Source of the DNA: Candidatus Saccharimonadota bacterium
Lineage (GTDB): Bacteria; Patescibacteriota; Saccharimonadia; Saccharimonadales; Saccharimonadaceae
Assembly (NCBI GenBank): GCA_023898645.1
Contig: CP060232.1
Coordinates: forward strand, 570,001 to 602,000
Direction: 5' to 3'
Length of the DNA: 32,000 nucleotides
Shown here: positions 30,459-32,000 of the stretch, in pieces
Position numbering within the stretch: the stretch's first letter is position 1
Layout of the letters: each line of letters starts with the position of its first letter
Translations under genes and position numbers: made by a program
Notes under the pieces: model-generated
What the model was told of the DNA's origin: nothing
Database searches by the model: none
The model's input: the letters and a program-made list of their open reading frames with translations, nothing else

Positions 30459-32000
30459 TAATGGATAAAGCGCATTTTCGGCGCTTTTTTCGTTATTTTG
30501 ACCCCCGTTATTTTCACTATTTGTAAAAGTTCTATCATTTGATTTTCGTGTTCCTAATAATTCGCGTGTTTTCGAACTATATTTAGCGATCAGTTCAGCA
30601 CGATCCTTCAAGCTAACAGATACAGAATCGTTCTTAAACATGATATTTTCGAACAGTTCTATCAAAATCTGGCGTTTCTCATCATCGTCCTTTTCGTCGT
30701 AGTATTTAGCTGCTCGTTGCGATAGTTCTAGCATGTATATGCCGCGTCGTTTCCGTTCAGTTACAGTGCTATCAAACGACGCCATGGCAAGCTCTAGGGT
30801 TTCAATCTCGTTCATGAATGACTCGTGCTTAGCTTCGTATCGCTCCTGTGTGATGACGCCTGCAAGCTTGTCGTCGTATAGGGCTTCGTCCATAGACTTA
30901 ATACGCTCTATGCGCGCCTTCGTGTTCTGTTCGACTTCCGCGCGGTTATCTGCGGCCTTCTCGACATCAGATTGCATGCTCTCAACGACCCACTCTAGAA
31001 TACTCTGAGAAGGGCATAAAAGGCGCTCAAGCTCCTGCTTTACAGCCTCTTGCACTACATCTTCGCGGATATATTTATACTTACGATTCTTGCATCGCTC
31101 ATCACGACGCTGGCAAGCTCCATAATAACGGCCTTTCTGCAGTTGCCATGAAACCTGACTGCCACAAGTCGCACAGGTAACAACTCCTTTTAAAGATACG
31201 TTGTGCCGTACCTGTTTTTTAGGTCGCTTACCGTGCAGCTTATCTTGTACAGCCTCCCACACTTCGCGCCTTACTATTGGTGTTTGAGCACCAGGGTATT
31301 CCTGTCCATTAAAACGATTAATCCCTATGTAAAAGGGATTTAGAAGTATTTTATGTACGTGACTCTCTGGTATCGGTCTACCGTTGCGTGTTGTTAGTCC
31401 AATCTCTCGCATCTTTGCAGCAACAGATTCAATTGATTGGCCGGGTTTTAGGTATAGCTCAAACATCGCCCTGACTGAGTTCATTGTGGTCGGGTTTGGA
31501 ACATGTATACGTTTACCGTGATCAGTTACGGTCATATATCCGACAGGAGGTACGGCCGGTAGCCATCCTTGAGCTAGCTTTTCCGCCCAGCCCTTCATAG
31601 CCTCTTCTCGTAAGTTGTCAGTGTATTTCTTGGCAACAGCTAAGTGGATATTCCACATAAACTTAACGTCAGACTTCGACTCCTTGTGTAGCTGGATGTT
31701 CTCTTTGACGAGATGGAGCATCCGATCAGCGTCTTTACTGAGCCAATCATCAATAGCAACGGCATCCTTCATATTGCGTGTGAGCCTGTCGGTCTTTTCG
31801 ACAGCCAGATGATAGATAGCGTTCTTATTCATGTAGGTTAGAAGTTCCTTGAATATCCTGCGACTCTGTTCTTTTGATGCTGTCTCGGCTATTTTAAATA
31901 TCTTATCGACTATAAAGCCCTTATTGGCACAATATCCTGTGAGGAGCTTTACTTGAGAGTCGAGGGAATACCCCTCGTCCTCCTGCGACTTACTCGATAC
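30402..32000 (-). CDS. Large serine recombinase (phage-integrase type); N-terminus beyond window end
   Basis: The frame stays open upstream of the ORF-track ATG 31832: ...VSSKSQEDEGYSLDSQ (catalytic Ser motif) ...VEKTDRLTRN (resolvase domain). A recombinase domain, a zinc ribbon (CATCGSQ...CQRRDERC) and a coiled coil follow. The last 19 codons are antisense to tRNA-Trp. Confidence 0.88.
   Translation of the reverse strand, partial: VSSKSQEDEGYSLDSQVKLLTGYCANKGFIVDKIFKIAETASKEQSRRIFKELLTYMNKNAIYHLAVEKTDRLTRNMKDAVAIDDWLSKDADRMLHLVKENIQLHKESKSDVKFMWNIHLAVAKKYTDNLREEAMKGWAEKLAQGWLPAVPPVGYMTVTDHGKRIHVPNPTTMNSVRAMFELYLKPGQSIESVAAKMREIGLTTRNGRPIPESHVHKILLNPFYIGINRFNGQEYPGAQTPIVRREVWEAVQDKLHGKRPKKQVRHNVSLKGVVTCATCGSQVSWQLQKGRYYGACQRRDERCKNRKYKYIREDVVQEAVKQELERLLCPSQSILEWVVESMQSDVEKAADNRAEVEQNTKARIERIKSMDEALYDDKLAGVITQERYEAKHESFMNEIETLELAMASFDSTVTERKRRGIYMLELSQRAAKYYDEKDDDEKRQILIELFENIMFKNDSVSVSLKDRAELIAKYSSKTRELLGTRKSNDRTFTNSENNGGQNNEKSAENALYPLWQGHEESNLNLRFWRPLY
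30459..32000. mobile_element. Left end of a putative integrated element inserted next to or into the 3' end of tRNA-Trp
   Basis: The recombinase gene abuts the tRNA and points toward it. The other boundary is outside the window. Confidence 0.5.
30468..30490 (+). terminator. Intrinsic terminator after tRNA-Trp
   Basis: AAGCGC-attttcg-GCGCTT followed by TTTT. It lies inside the recombinase ORF on the opposite strand. Confidence 0.7.

Noticed and set aside
1-32000. CRISPR arrays, rRNA genes, IS elements or transposase genes, toxin-antitoxin pairs
   Set aside because: No regularly spaced direct repeats, rRNA-like sequence, terminal inverted repeats with a transposase, or small paired ORFs were seen on either strand.

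Overview
This 32 kb window comes from a small-genome bacterium. Its ribosomal-protein supercluster has no rpmD (L30) between rpsE and rplO, which is consistent with a CPR/Patescibacteria (Saccharibacteria-like) organism but does not prove it.

**Layout**
- **1-1.3 kb:** a VanY-like DD-carboxypeptidase (partial, absent from the ORF track) and a Cys-rich unknown protein, both on the minus strand.
- **1.4-17.8 kb:** rplC-rplD-rplW-rplB-rpsS-rplV-rpsC-rplP-rpmC-rpsQ-rplN-rplX-rplE-rpsN-rpsH-rplF-rplR-rpsE-rplO, then secY, then infA-rpmJ-rpsM-rpsK-rpsD-rpoA-rplQ-rplM-rpsI. The cluster has non-canonical breaks:
  - no rpsJ ahead of rplC;
  - a terminator plus a 0.6 kb insert between rplO and secY;
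  - a sortase plus an unknown acidic protein where adk-map normally sit.
- **17.8-22.2 kb:** a small AroQ chorismate mutase, a candidate Trp-codon leader with a terminator/antiterminator, a 95-aa unknown protein, trpS, an RluD-like pseudouridine synthase, holB and a TPR protein.
- **22.2-23.5 kb:** a tRNA island with Thr(TGT), Tyr(GTA) and Thr(GGT). It contains tRNA-fragment repeats. A self-contained minus-strand cassette for an 80-aa Cys-rich membrane peptide sits where glyT lies in the classical thrU-tyrU-glyT-thrT array.
- **23.5-30.4 kb:** a soluble acyl-ACP desaturase, rpmG, a minus-strand GT-GH57-GH15 alpha-glucan operon and an MscS channel.
- **30.4-32 kb:** tRNA-Trp abutted by a large serine recombinase gene. 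Its ORF reads through the tRNA terminator into the tRNA 3' half, which looks like the left junction of an integrated element.

**Recurring signals**
- Extended -10 promoters (TGnTAnAAT) recur across the window.
- First genes of transcription units are often leaderless or nearly so.

No CRISPR array, rRNA or IS element was seen. All homology calls rest on motif recognition by eye; no database search was run.
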